Source: Planctomycetota bacterium (GTDB lineage: Bacteria > Planctomycetota > UBA1135 > UBA2386). From it: DNA of 64,000 nt. Shown here in pieces: positions 53,144 through 62,836 of this stretch (its first letter is position 1; the number at the start of each line of letters is the position of its first letter). The stretch spans positions 4,256,001-4,320,000 of the forward strand of contig OZ245838.1 of assembly GCA_965228735.1 (NCBI GenBank). The letters are read 5' to 3'. The notes beneath the pieces were generated by a model that did not search any database, had not been told where the DNA came from, and worked only from the letters and a program-made list of their open reading frames with translations. Made by a program: the position numbers and the translations under genes.

Positions 53144-53884
53144 ATGACCAATCCCGACACCCGAGACCTCCGCCTCGGCATCTTCGGCAAGGGCCGGCTC
53201 GGCAACGCCATCGCCGAACACCCCGGCGCGACGGTGGCGTGGCAGGTGACCCGCGAGAACCCGCCCGAGGGCGTCGACGTCGCGATCGAAGCGTCGAGCG
53301 GCAACGCCGTCGATGCCCGCATCGACTGGGCTCTCGCCACCGGCACGCCGCTCGTCATCGGCAGCACGGGCTGGGAACTGCCCGACCTGCAGGACCGCAT
53401 CGGAGACCGCATCGGCGTCGTGACCGCGCCGAACTTCTCCCTGGGCGTCGCGTTGCTGCGGCGGTTCTCGACCGTGCTCGCGCGCTTCTGCGCCGACGCA
53501 CCCGAACGCGACCCGTACGTCGTCGAGCACCACCACGCGAGGAAGCACGACGCGCCGTCCGGCACGGCCAGGCTGCTCGCCGAGACCGTCCTCGCGGCAT
53601 GCCCGCGCAAGACGCGGTGGGCGCTCGGCGGCCCGCTCACGGAGGAGACGCTCAGCGTCGCGGCGATCCGCGCGGGCAGCACCTACAGCGATCACATCGT
53701 CGGAGTCGACGCGCCCGCCGAGGTGATCGAACTCCGGCATCACGCGCGCAGCGCCGCGACGTTCGCGGCCGGCGCGGTGTCGGCCGCACGTTGGATCCGC
53801 GGCCGCACCGGCGTGCATTCGATGGACGACGTCGCGCGCACGGTGCTCGACCCGCTGTTCTCCGGCCTGGGAGGTGAGTCATGA
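53144..53884 (+). CDS. dapB: 4-hydroxy-tetrahydrodipicolinate reductase
   Basis: VIGSTG, APNFSLGV, EHHHARKHDAPSGTA. Confidence 0.93.
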   Translation: MTNPDTRDLRLGIFGKGRLGNAIAEHPGATVAWQVTRENPPEGVDVAIEASSGNAVDARIDWALATGTPLVIGSTGWELPDLQDRIGDRIGVVTAPNFSLGVALLRRFSTVLARFCADAPERDPYVVEHHHARKHDAPSGTARLLAETVLAACPRKTRWALGGPLTEETLSVAAIRAGSTYSDHIVGVDAPAEVIELRHHARSAATFAAGAVSAARWIRGRTGVHSMDDVARTVLDPLFSGLGGES

Positions 53885-54771
53885 ACGTTCCGTTCCGCGG
53901 CCTCGGGGTCGCCCTCGCGACGCCGTTCCACAACGACGGCATGCTCGACACCGACGCGTTGCAGCGGCTCACCGAGCACGTGACCCGACGCGGCGCGGAC
54001 TTCGTCGTGGCGCTCGGCTCGACCGGCGAAGCCGCGATGCTGACCGAGGCCGAACGCGACGAGGTCGTGCAACTCGTGCGCCGGACGACGACGCTGCCCG
54101 TGCTCGTCGGGACGGGCGCCCCCGCGACCGCACCGGCGGTGCAGTGGACGATCCGCGCCCGCGAGCTCGGCGCGGCCGGCGCACTCGCCGTCGTGCCGCC
54201 CTACACCAAGCCCACGCAAGCCGGCCTCGTCGCGCACTTCGCGGCGATCGCCGCGGCCGCGCCCGAGCTGCCGATCATGCTCTACAACGTGCCGGGCCGC
54301 ACCGGCACGACGTTGGAGCCGGGCACACTCGCCGAGCTGTGGAGCCACCCGAACGTCGTCGCGATCAAGGAGTCGTCCGGTGACCTGCAACGGATCGGTC
54401 GGATCGCGAGCGAGCTGCCCGCGGGCAAGTTGCTGTTCGCGGGCGACGACGCCCTCGCGCTGCCGACGATCGCGGTCGGCGGCCACGGCCTCGTGTCGGT
54501 CGCGGGCAACGTCGTCCCGGACCGCATGAAGCGACTGGTGACGACCGCGATCGAAGGCGACGGCGAGACTGCGCGCGAGCTGCACGCAGAGCTACTGCCG
54601 CTGTTCGACGCGCTCTCACTCGAACCGAACCCGATTCCGATCAAGGCCGCGCTCGAGCTCATCGGGCTCGCCGGCTCGACCCCACGGCTGCCGCTGCTCA
54701 CCGCCAGCACCCTGACAAGAGAACGACTGCAGACGGCGCTCGCTCGCCAGCGCGAGGTGATTCATGGCTGA
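53881..54771 (+). CDS. dapA: 4-hydroxy-tetrahydrodipicolinate synthase
   Basis: ALATPF, GSTGE, LYNVPGRT, AIKESSG, EPNPIPIK. Confidence 0.95.
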   Translation: MNVPFRGLGVALATPFHNDGMLDTDALQRLTEHVTRRGADFVVALGSTGEAAMLTEAERDEVVQLVRRTTTLPVLVGTGAPATAPAVQWTIRARELGAAGALAVVPPYTKPTQAGLVAHFAAIAAAAPELPIMLYNVPGRTGTTLEPGTLAELWSHPNVVAIKESSGDLQRIGRIASELPAGKLLFAGDDALALPTIAVGGHGLVSVAGNVVPDRMKRLVTTAIEGDGETARELHAELLPLFDALSLEPNPIPIKAALELIGLAGSTPRLPLLTASTLTRERLQTALARQREVIHG

Positions 54772-55588
54772 CTTCGAGATCTCCGAACTCCAGGACTTCT
54801 TCGCCCGCGACGACGCGGAACTGCTCGCGGACGAGCGCTGGCCCGAGGCCCATCTCGCGCTCCTGCGGTGCCTCGAGTCGGGCGCGATCCGCGCGGCCCG
54901 CCGCGACGACGACGGCCGATGGCACGCCAACGCGTGGGTCAAGCGCGGCATCCTCGTCGGCTTCCGCCGCGGCGAGCTCGCGCGGATCCCGGCCGAACCC
55001 GCACCGTTCTTCGACAAGTCGACCTACCCGCTGCGCACGTTCGAGCTCGCCGAGAAGGTGCGCCTCGTGCCGGGCGGCTCCGCCGTGCGTCGCGGCGCCT
55101 ACGTAGCACCCGGTGTCGTCATGATGCCGCCGGCCTACGTCAACGTCGGGGCGTGGGTCGGCAGCGGCACGATGGTCGACAGTCACGCCCTCGTCGGTTC
55201 GTGCGCGCAGGTCGGCGAGAACGTGCACGTCTCCGCCGCGGCGCAGATCGGCGGCGTGCTCGAGCCCGCGCACCAGAGCCCCGTCGTCGTCGAGGACGGC
55301 GCGTTCCTCGGCGGACTGACCGGTGTGTTCGAGGGCGTGGTCATCCGCGAGAACGTCGTGCTCGCCGCCGGCGTCGTCCTCACGGCAGCGACCGTCGTCC
55401 ACGATCTCGTGCACGACTGCCCGCGCCGTGGCGAGATCCCGGCCGGCGCCGTCGTCATCCCCGGCACGCGCCCGGCGCGCGGCGACTACGCGGAGCAGAA
55501 CGGGCTGCAGATCGCGGCTCCGCTGATCGTGAAGTATCGCGACGCGAGCACGGACGCGGCCACCGCGCTCGAGACCGCCCTGCGGTAA
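54764..55588 (+). CDS. dapD: Tetrahydrodipicolinate N-succinyltransferase
   Basis: WVKRGIL.GFR, YVNVGAWV, MVDSHALVGSCAQVG, IGGVLEP. Confidence 0.95.
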   Translation: MADFEISELQDFFARDDAELLADERWPEAHLALLRCLESGAIRAARRDDDGRWHANAWVKRGILVGFRRGELARIPAEPAPFFDKSTYPLRTFELAEKVRLVPGGSAVRRGAYVAPGVVMMPPAYVNVGAWVGSGTMVDSHALVGSCAQVGENVHVSAAAQIGGVLEPAHQSPVVVEDGAFLGGLTGVFEGVVIRENVVLAAGVVLTAATVVHDLVHDCPRRGEIPAGAVVIPGTRPARGDYAEQNGLQIAAPLIVKYRDASTDAATALETALR

Positions 55589-55603
55589 CCCGGCAGTCGG
55601 CGC

Positions 55604-57718
55604 CTACTTGACGTAGGTGTAGACGCCGCCCGACTCACTGGCGAGGCGGCGCAGGAGCTCGGTGTCGACACCGAAGCCGATCGTGTGCACCACGATCTGC
55701 CGCAGCCGGTTCCAGCGCCGCACCTCGTCCGCGATCTCTTCCGAGTTGGTGATCTCACCGCCGCTCGGCTCGCCGTCCGTCAGCAGGTAGATGGTGTCGA
55801 CCTTGGGATCCAGGAAGGCCTGCTCGAGCGCGCCGTAGATGTTGGTGCCACCGCCGGCGCGCAGCTTATTGGTGCGATCGATGATCGACTTGCGGTTCTC
55901 GTCCTCGGCCTGGCGCAGCTCGTCCCAGAGCGGCGTCACGCCCGTGCTGAACGTCACGAGGTTGACCCACTGCTTGCTCGGCATCGCGTTGAGCGCCTTG
56001 ATGAGCTCGCGCTTCGCCGCGTCGAGGCGGCGCATCTTCTTGTTCGTGCCGAACGCCTGGATCGGTCCGTTCATCGACCCGCTCGTGTCGATGATGAAGG
56101 TCACGTGTCGGCTGACGAGCGGGATGCCGAAGTAGGCCGAGGTCTGCCCCGCGAGGCCGCCGAGGCCGGCCTTGACCGTGTTCGGATGCGGCAGGGTGAA
56201 CCCCGACCTGGCCTGCCGCCACCAGTCGCGCCACTCGTTCTTGCTGAAGCGCCGGGTACCGGTGTGGACGAACAGCGCATTGCCGAGCTCGGCCAGCAGC
56301 CGATCCTCTTCCTTGTCGAAGCGCCCGATGAGCAGCGGGATCGACGACACGTCACGGAACTTGGTGAGGTACCGGATCGCGGCGGCTCGCAGCTGCCAGT
56401 CGCGCTCGTTGAGGCTCTTCTGCGCGATCTCGATCGCGTCGTCCGCGTCGAGCTCGGCGAGCAGGGTGAGGCCGACCGTCCGCACGTCGTCGTCCTGTGA
56501 CGCGGCGAGGCGGAGCACGTCCTTCTTCCACTCGGGATCACGGCGCAGAACGTCGTGCAGCCCGACCACGAGATCGAGCGTGGCACGCTTCGGCCGGCGC
56601 AGCTTGCGGCGAACCCGCTCGACCATCGGAGCGACGATCTCGGGCGGCGCCTGACGCAGCAGCAGCAGCGCCGCATCGCGCGTGTTGCGATCATCGTTCT
56701 CCAGGCCGTGCCGCGCCATGAACCGCATGAGGTCATGGTCCTTCGCGGCCTTCGGCGCGGCCGCGCGCAGCGCCTTCTTCACGCCCGCGTCACCGCTGCG
56801 ACCGTAGCGCAGCAGCAGCGGATAGAGCTCCGGGTCGCGCACGAGCACGATGCCGCCGATCATCTCGACCGCGACTTCCGCGGTCGGGCCTTCCGGCATG
56901 CGCTCGAGCAGGTCGATCGCATAGTCCGCCGCGCGCGGGTGCGCCTCGACCGCGAGCTGCCGCCACGCGATCGCGCCGCCGAGCAGCGAACCGCGCCGCA
57001 CGAGCTTGATGCGCGCGTTGCTGATCTCGTTGACGCCCTTCACGGGATCGATGATGCGCAGCAGCTTGATCTTGTCCTTCGACGTGCCCTGATCGAAGAT
57101 CGACGCGATCTGCCGCAGCGCGGGCTCGCAGTTGGCGCGACAGATCGCCTGCAACGCCGTCGTGCGCACGGCCTCCTCGGCGCCGTCCGAACCCTTCCGC
57201 AGCATGCGGCAGACGCGGTCGATCTCGTTCTGCCCCATCGCGAGCAGCGCGAGCGTCGCGTTGTGCCGCACGGCCCACGGCGCCTTCTTGTGATGCAGCA
57301 CGCGCCACACGTCGCTCTCCAGCTCGGGCCGCGGCGCCTTGGAGATCGCCTCGAGGATCGGCGCCGCCGTCGGTTCGGGGCCGAGCTCCTCGAGCTGGTT
57401 CCGCAGGTACTCGGTGACCAACTCGTGGTCGACTTCACCGAGCCACAGCAGCTGCTTCCGGGCCTTGCGCGCGAGCTTCTTGTTGCCCTTGACGTTCTCG
57501 TAGTCCGCGATCGCCTTCCTGGCCTTCGCCGCCAGCTTGTCGACCGTGGCCGCCGCGGGTTCCTGGGCCCGGGCCGCCGGCACACCCAGCACCTGGGTAA
57601 CGAGAACCGGCACGGCCAGCACCGAGCTCGTCGCGGGCAAGGTCAACGCGCACAGCGCGGTCATGACCGGACGCAGGAGGCGGCTGCGGGCACGGATTCT
57701 GGGTTGTGGACGCTCCAT
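55604..57718 (-). CDS. Exported HEAT-repeat protein with C-terminal vWA domain
   Basis: HEAT-like helices (DWQLRAAAI); vWA MIDAS FIIDTSGSM, GGTN, LTDGEP. Start may be 57664. Confidence 0.88.
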   Translation of the reverse strand: MERPQPRIRARSRLLRPVMTALCALTLPATSSVLAVPVLVTQVLGVPAARAQEPAAATVDKLAAKARKAIADYENVKGNKKLARKARKQLLWLGEVDHELVTEYLRNQLEELGPEPTAAPILEAISKAPRPELESDVWRVLHHKKAPWAVRHNATLALLAMGQNEIDRVCRMLRKGSDGAEEAVRTTALQAICRANCEPALRQIASIFDQGTSKDKIKLLRIIDPVKGVNEISNARIKLVRRGSLLGGAIAWRQLAVEAHPRAADYAIDLLERMPEGPTAEVAVEMIGGIVLVRDPELYPLLLRYGRSGDAGVKKALRAAAPKAAKDHDLMRFMARHGLENDDRNTRDAALLLLRQAPPEIVAPMVERVRRKLRRPKRATLDLVVGLHDVLRRDPEWKKDVLRLAASQDDDVRTVGLTLLAELDADDAIEIAQKSLNERDWQLRAAAIRYLTKFRDVSSIPLLIGRFDKEEDRLLAELGNALFVHTGTRRFSKNEWRDWWRQARSGFTLPHPNTVKAGLGGLAGQTSAYFGIPLVSRHVTFIIDTSGSMNGPIQAFGTNKKMRRLDAAKRELIKALNAMPSKQWVNLVTFSTGVTPLWDELRQAEDENRKSIIDRTNKLRAGGGTNIYGALEQAFLDPKVDTIYLLTDGEPSGGEITNSEEIADEVRRWNRLRQIVVHTIGFGVDTELLRRLASESGGVYTYVK

Positions 57719-57860
57719 TCGACGTGCGAGGGGGCGGGGCAGCCGCACGTTGTACTCGATGCGTCGGGCAGGGTCATCCCCTGCGCGAGCGGGCGGGGCA
57801 TTCTGGGCCACCGCATGGCCGCCAGTCGGGCCCGGTCGTTCCCGCTGGCGGATCCGGGCC

Positions 57861-58196
57861 TCAGCCCGCGAGGAAGCCGTTGTCGAGGATCGCGCGCGCC
57901 GCGTTCGCGATCGCGTCCGGCGTCGCGAGCGTGCCGGCCTCGAGGCGCGCCTTCGCCGCCGCGACGATCTCGTGACGTTCGCTGCCCTGGTTGCGGGCGC
58001 GCTCGGCGAGGCCTTCGACCGCAGCGAGCGTGTCCCGCCCGCCGTCGCTGATCTCGGCGTGGTCGTCGCCCTTCACCTGCGGCGGGTGCGGCTGCAGGAC
58101 GACGGTCTTCAGCGCCTTCGGCGCCGGCTGACCGTTCGCCCGGTCGACGGTCGCGCGCTCCGCGTTGGCCGTGTCGGCGGTGGTTCGGATGTTCAT
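57861..58196 (-). CDS. flgM: FlgM-like anti-sigma-28 factor
   Basis: DHAEIS...R.E.VAAAKARLEAGTL...IA..IL pattern; AGGA RBS; sigma-28 promoter upstream; flagellar context. Confidence 0.75.
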   Translation of the reverse strand: MNIRTTADTANAERATVDRANGQPAPKALKTVVLQPHPPQVKGDDHAEISDGGRDTLAAVEGLAERARNQGSERHEIVAAAKARLEAGTLATPDAIANAARAILDNGFLAG

Positions 58197-58213
58197 GGAT
58201 TTCCTCGGGTAGA

Positions 58214-58240
58214 TCATCGGCCGCGGCGGGGCCCGCTTGA
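58214..58240 (-). promoter_or_regulatory. Sigma-28 (FliA) promoter
   Basis: Minus strand TCAA-N15-GCCGATGA versus consensus TAAA-N15-GCCGATAA. Confidence 0.75.
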
Positions 58241-58502
58241 GAGCCAGTCGCGAAAAAACCGGCCATGCCACGGGCCGGTAGTGACGCTCGGAGACGCAGG
58301 CCCCATGGCGCGGACCGCGCGGACTGGCGGCGGCATCGCGCGGCGACGCCGATGGCCGTCGGCAAGTCCTGCCACCCTCGGCAACTCCTTCCGATCCGGG
58401 CGGCGGCACGAACTGCCGCCGCGGCTCGCCAGCGCCCGACCAACCTCAGGGGAAACCCGGAGGTCGGACACCGGAACGGCCCCGAACCGTCCCGAGCACG
58501 GC

Positions 58503-58519
58503 TTGGCACGCCGGGTGCT
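58503..58519 (+). promoter_or_regulatory. Sigma-54 (-24/-12) promoter
   Basis: TTGGCACG-CCGG-GTGCT with GG (58505) and GC (58517) 12 nt apart, about 30 nt before fliK. Confidence 0.75.
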
Positions 58520-58548
58520 TTCTGGTCGGCGGAGGAGAGGCGACATCG

Positions 58549-59613
58549 ATGACGATGCTCGACACATTGCGAGGAACATTCGGGGCGGACCCGTTGCGCG
58601 TGCCGAAGCCGGCGAGGATGTCGGAATCGGACGGCGCGTTCAGAGCGGCGCTCGAGTCTGCCGACGATGCCCGCGTCGACGCCGAGCCGACGCCTCCCGA
58701 GACGACCGAACCGGTCGCGGACATCGACGAGGAACTCAGTGAGGCCCACGACGAAGCGTTCGCCGAACGTGAGCCGACACCGGACGCCGACGCGCAGGAC
58801 AACGCGCACGACCGCCACACGGCCAACGGTCCACTGCCCGCCCAGGCGAATGCGGACCAGGTGACGACAGCGACCATCAGCGGGCGAGAGTCGGGCAGGC
58901 GCACCGACGCAGGCAAAGGAACCGACTCTCCCCGCACCTCCTCCCGACCGCTGGAAGGCAACGACCTGCTGGACGAGCTGGCCGCGCACGGTGCGCGCAG
59001 AAGCTCGGTGGACAGCGCCACGTTCGCCAGCGGTGTGCACAACGGACCGATCGCGGCCATCGATTCCGGCGCGCAGCGATCCGGCGGCGACCCGATGCTG
59101 CGTGCGGTCGACGGCGGCAACGGCCGCGCCACGACGGGCGCGACGGCGACCGCGGTCAAGCCCGCGTTCCGCACGAACGGTGCCGCAACCGCGCAGATGC
59201 TCGAGCAGGCGCGCGAGTCGATCTTCAAGCAGATCCTGCTCAAGCTCGCGGACGGCGGCGGCGAGATGCGGATGCGGCTCGACCCGCCCGAGTTCGGCGA
59301 GCTCGACCTGCGCATGGTCGTCGAGCACGGCAACCGCATGACGCTCGCCGTCCAGGCCGAACGGCCAGAGCTCGCGGACCTGATGCAGCGCCACCTCGGC
59401 GAGCTGACGCAGGCGCTCGCCGATGCGGGCATCCAGCTCGACCAGGCCGACATCGCGGCCCGCGACACGGACAGCGAGCTCGACGACGACCTCGCGGCCT
59501 TCGGCGACAACGCCGGCAGCAGCAGCGACGGCGAAGCCGAGGGCGAGCGCGACGAATCCACCGGTCCGCGGGGCGGCTACATCCGCGCCGACGGCCTCGA
59601 CTACTGGGTCTAG
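58549..59613 (+). CDS. fliK: Flagellar hook-length control protein
   Basis: Low-complexity N-terminus; MRLDPPEFGELDL...L..L.QALADAGI; precedes flgD. Confidence 0.85.
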   Translation: MTMLDTLRGTFGADPLRVPKPARMSESDGAFRAALESADDARVDAEPTPPETTEPVADIDEELSEAHDEAFAEREPTPDADAQDNAHDRHTANGPLPAQANADQVTTATISGRESGRRTDAGKGTDSPRTSSRPLEGNDLLDELAAHGARRSSVDSATFASGVHNGPIAAIDSGAQRSGGDPMLRAVDGGNGRATTGATATAVKPAFRTNGAATAQMLEQARESIFKQILLKLADGGGEMRMRLDPPEFGELDLRMVVEHGNRMTLAVQAERPELADLMQRHLGELTQALADAGIQLDQADIAARDTDSELDDDLAAFGDNAGSSSDGEAEGERDESTGPRGGYIRADGLDYWV

Positions 59614-59622
59614 GAGAAACCA

Positions 59623-60072
59623 ATGCCAACCATCAATTCGAGCATCCAATCCCTGAACAGCGTCGGCGGCACGTCGGTGCTGTCGACACGGCAGGCCGAC
59701 TACGGCGACAACCCGTTCCTGCGCCTGCTCACCGAGCAGCTGCGCAACCAGACGCCGCTGGATCCGGTCGACAACGAGAGCTTCATGAACCAGATGGCGA
59801 GCTACTCCAACATGGAGGAGCAGCGCCAGCTCAACGACAACATGCTCAAGCTGCTCGACTACCAGGGTCTCCTGGCGCGCGTGCAGGGGCTCGGCGAAGG
59901 GAGCGCGCTGCTCGGCAAGGAAGTGACGTTCACGCAGGACGGCGTCGAGACCTCGGACACCGTCGACTCGCTCTACGTCGCGGAGACCGGCGACATCCGA
60001 CTCCGGCTCGCCGGCGGCAGCGAGATCGACATGCGCTCCGTCATCGGCATCGCCCAACCGAGCAACGGCTGA
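59623..60072 (+). CDS. flgD: Flagellar hook capping protein
   Basis: FLRLLTEQLRNQTPLDPVDNESFMNQMASYSNME. Confidence 0.93.
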   Translation: MPTINSSIQSLNSVGGTSVLSTRQADYGDNPFLRLLTEQLRNQTPLDPVDNESFMNQMASYSNMEEQRQLNDNMLKLLDYQGLLARVQGLGEGSALLGKEVTFTQDGVETSDTVDSLYVAETGDIRLRLAGGSEIDMRSVIGIAQPSNG

Positions 60073-60120
60073 GTAGCAGCCTCCCACTCGTTCCAACACA
60101 ACTGAGAGCCCAATCGCACC

Positions 60121-62091
60121 ATGGTCAGCACCGCACTGTTCACCGGCCTCTCCGGTCTACGCGTTCACCAGACGTACATCGACGTCATCGGCAACAACCT
60201 CGCGAATGTCAGCACGCCCGGCTTCCGCGGCTCCCGCGCGACGTTCAGTGACGTCCTGAGCTTCACCGTCCGCGCCGGCTCCGGCCCGAACGGCAACTTC
60301 GGCGGCGTCAACCCGATGCAGATCGGCTACGGCTCGGTGATGTCGACGGTCGACACGGACCTCAACCAGGGGACGTTCCAGGACACCGGTCGCGCGACCG
60401 ACGTCGCGTTGCAGGGCCGCGGATTCTTCACGATGACCGACGGCGTGCAGACGTTCTACTCGCGCGTCGGGTCGTTCACGATCGACAGCAACCGCGACCT
60501 CGTGGACGCGCGGTCGGGCATGCGGGTGCTCAACTCGAACGGCAACTCCATCCAGGTGCCGTTCTCGGACACGCTGCCGGCGCAGGCGTCGACCGAGGTC
60601 ACGTTCCAGGGCAACCTGCCGGCCGAGGTCGGCGGGCCGCTCGAGGAGATCCTCGAGACGTCCACCTCGCTGCAGGCGGGTGTTGCCGCGACGAAGGGCT
60701 CCACCGGCACCGCCGGCCCGGGCGGCAACCAGTTCGATCTGAGCGCGTTCGCCGGCAACAACGTCTCGATGCTCGTGTCGGTCAACGGCGGCGCCCAGAG
60801 CAGCGTCTCGTTCGCCGTTCCGGCGTCGGGCTTCGTTTCGCCGTCGACGATCGAGGCGGCGTTCACCAGCGCGAGCATCGCCGGCCTCGACATCACCGCG
60901 AACGACACGACGGGTCAGCTCACGTTCGACACGATCCGGCTCGGCGACACCGCGACGCTCAAGTTCGACGACGGCGCGGGTTCGACGGGCATGCTCACGG
61001 CGCTCGGCCTCGACGCCAACCTCGCGACCGGCTCGCAGACCGTCGCAACGGCAGCAACGGACCTCAACGCCCTCACCTCGCGCACCATCCCGTACGTCGC
61101 CGGCGTCGACGGCATCTCGATCAGCGGCACGAACCCCGACGGCACGCTGTTCTCGGACACGTTCGTCTACGGCACGACGGGCACGACGCTCGGCGAGCTG
61201 CGCGACTTCATCAATGCCCGCACCAACGGCGCGACCGCGTCGATCACGGCCGGCGGCAACCTGCGACTCGCGGCCGATGCCCCGGGCGAGGCCACGCTGA
61301 GCCTGCGCGTCGCGGATGCAACCGGCAGCGTCGGTGAGTCGCTGTGGCCCGACTTCCAGGTCGAGCAGGAGGGCACGGGACCGGATACCGCCGTCACATC
61401 GATCGACGTCGTCGACTCACAGGGCCGCACGCACCCGGTGACGATGACGTTCACCCGCAGCGCCATCGACCCGACGAGCTGGGACCTCACCGCGAGCATC
61501 GACCCGTCCGAGGGCACGATCAACCAGGCCTCGATCGGGCAGATCCGCTTCAACAACAACGGTTCGTTCAGCGTGATCGCCGGCGGCAGCAACCAGCTGC
61601 AGTTCACCTGGAACGGCATCGGCGCCGCGCAGAACGTCGCGGTCAACCTCGGCACGTCGGGACAGTTCGACGGCGTCGCGATGCTCGGCAACAGCACGAC
61701 GGTCGCGGCGATCGATCAGGACGGCTTCACGTCGGGCACGCTGCTGTCGCCGGGCTTCAACAACGAAGGTCAGCTCGTCGGCTACTACAGCAACGGCCAG
61801 ACGCGGGTTCTCGACCAGCTGCGCGTCACGATGTTCAGCAACGAGGGCGGCCTGCTCAAGGTCGGTGACACGATGTGGGTCGAGTCGCCCAACTCCGGCG
61901 ATGCGATCGCGACGACCGCGGGCGCTGCCGGCGCCGGCTCGGTCCGCGCGGGTCAGCTCGAGAACAGCAACGTCGACATCGCCCGCGAGTTCGTCAAGCT
62001 CATCGAGGCGCAGCGCGGCTTCCAGGCGAACTCCCGCGTCATCACGACGACGGACGAGATCCTCGCCGAACTCATGAACATCGTGAGGTAG
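60121..62091 (+). CDS. flgE: Flagellar hook protein
   Basis: TGLSGL...VIGNNLANV.T.GF, GRGFF, YSRVGSF, LENSNVDIAREF...AQRGFQAN. Confidence 0.95.
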   Translation: MVSTALFTGLSGLRVHQTYIDVIGNNLANVSTPGFRGSRATFSDVLSFTVRAGSGPNGNFGGVNPMQIGYGSVMSTVDTDLNQGTFQDTGRATDVALQGRGFFTMTDGVQTFYSRVGSFTIDSNRDLVDARSGMRVLNSNGNSIQVPFSDTLPAQASTEVTFQGNLPAEVGGPLEEILETSTSLQAGVAATKGSTGTAGPGGNQFDLSAFAGNNVSMLVSVNGGAQSSVSFAVPASGFVSPSTIEAAFTSASIAGLDITANDTTGQLTFDTIRLGDTATLKFDDGAGSTGMLTALGLDANLATGSQTVATAATDLNALTSRTIPYVAGVDGISISGTNPDGTLFSDTFVYGTTGTTLGELRDFINARTNGATASITAGGNLRLAADAPGEATLSLRVADATGSVGESLWPDFQVEQEGTGPDTAVTSIDVVDSQGRTHPVTMTFTRSAIDPTSWDLTASIDPSEGTINQASIGQIRFNNNGSFSVIAGGSNQLQFTWNGIGAAQNVAVNLGTSGQFDGVAMLGNSTTVAAIDQDGFTSGTLLSPGFNNEGQLVGYYSNGQTRVLDQLRVTMFSNEGGLLKVGDTMWVESPNSGDAIATTAGAAGAGSVRAGQLENSNVDIAREFVKLIEAQRGFQANSRVITTTDEILAELMNIVR

Positions 62092-62093
62092 TC

Positions 62094-62834
62094 GTGTCGA
62101 GCTACAGCGAAACCACCCTGGTCCGCGGCCTGCGGTTCCTCGCGGAGAAGCAGGCCTCGATCGCGAACAACCTCGCGAACGTCGACACGGCGAGCTTCAA
62201 GCGCCGCGTGGCGATCGCGAGTCCGAACCGGATGAACTTCGAGTCGATGTTGCGCGAACAACTGCCATCGGTGAACTACGAAGAACGCTCCGACCTGGCT
62301 CGAGGAGTGCTCCGGGAGACCAGCAACCGCCTCGACGTCGCCGTCGACGGCAAGGCCTGGCTCCAGGTTCGAGACTCCGCCGGCTCGACCTACTACACCC
62401 GCAACGGCCAGCTCGAGATCAACCCCGAGGGCAACCTCGTGACGCGAGAGGGGCTCGAGCTCCTCGACACGGCGGGCAACGCGATCAACGTCGCCCCGGG
62501 GAACGTGCCGCCATCCGAGCTCTCGATCTCGAGCAACGGGCTCGTGCAGGATCCGCGGAACGGACAGGAGTTCGGCACCATCAAGATCGCCGAACTCGAG
62601 AACCCCGGCGCCCTCCGCCCGCTCGGCCGTGGCCTGTTCTCGGACCCGCTCGAGCAACAGGCGACGCGGAGTGGAGATCCGCTGCGTCAGGGATTCATCG
62701 AAGGCAGCAACGTCGATCCGCTGCAGGAGCTCGTCGCGATGATGACCGTCGAACGCAGCTTCGCCGCCACGCAGAAGGCCCTCACGGCATCGAGCCGTCT
62801 GCAAGAGAACATCATCGCCAACATTCTGAGGTAG
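62094..62834 (+). CDS. flgF: Flagellar basal-body rod protein
   Basis: IANNLANVDT, YTRNGQL, QGFIEGSNVD; GTG start 2 nt after the flgE stop. Confidence 0.9.
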   Translation: MSSYSETTLVRGLRFLAEKQASIANNLANVDTASFKRRVAIASPNRMNFESMLREQLPSVNYEERSDLARGVLRETSNRLDVAVDGKAWLQVRDSAGSTYYTRNGQLEINPEGNLVTREGLELLDTAGNAINVAPGNVPPSELSISSNGLVQDPRNGQEFGTIKIAELENPGALRPLGRGLFSDPLEQQATRSGDPLRQGFIEGSNVDPLQELVAMMTVERSFAATQKALTASSRLQENIIANILR

Positions 62835-62836
62835 TC

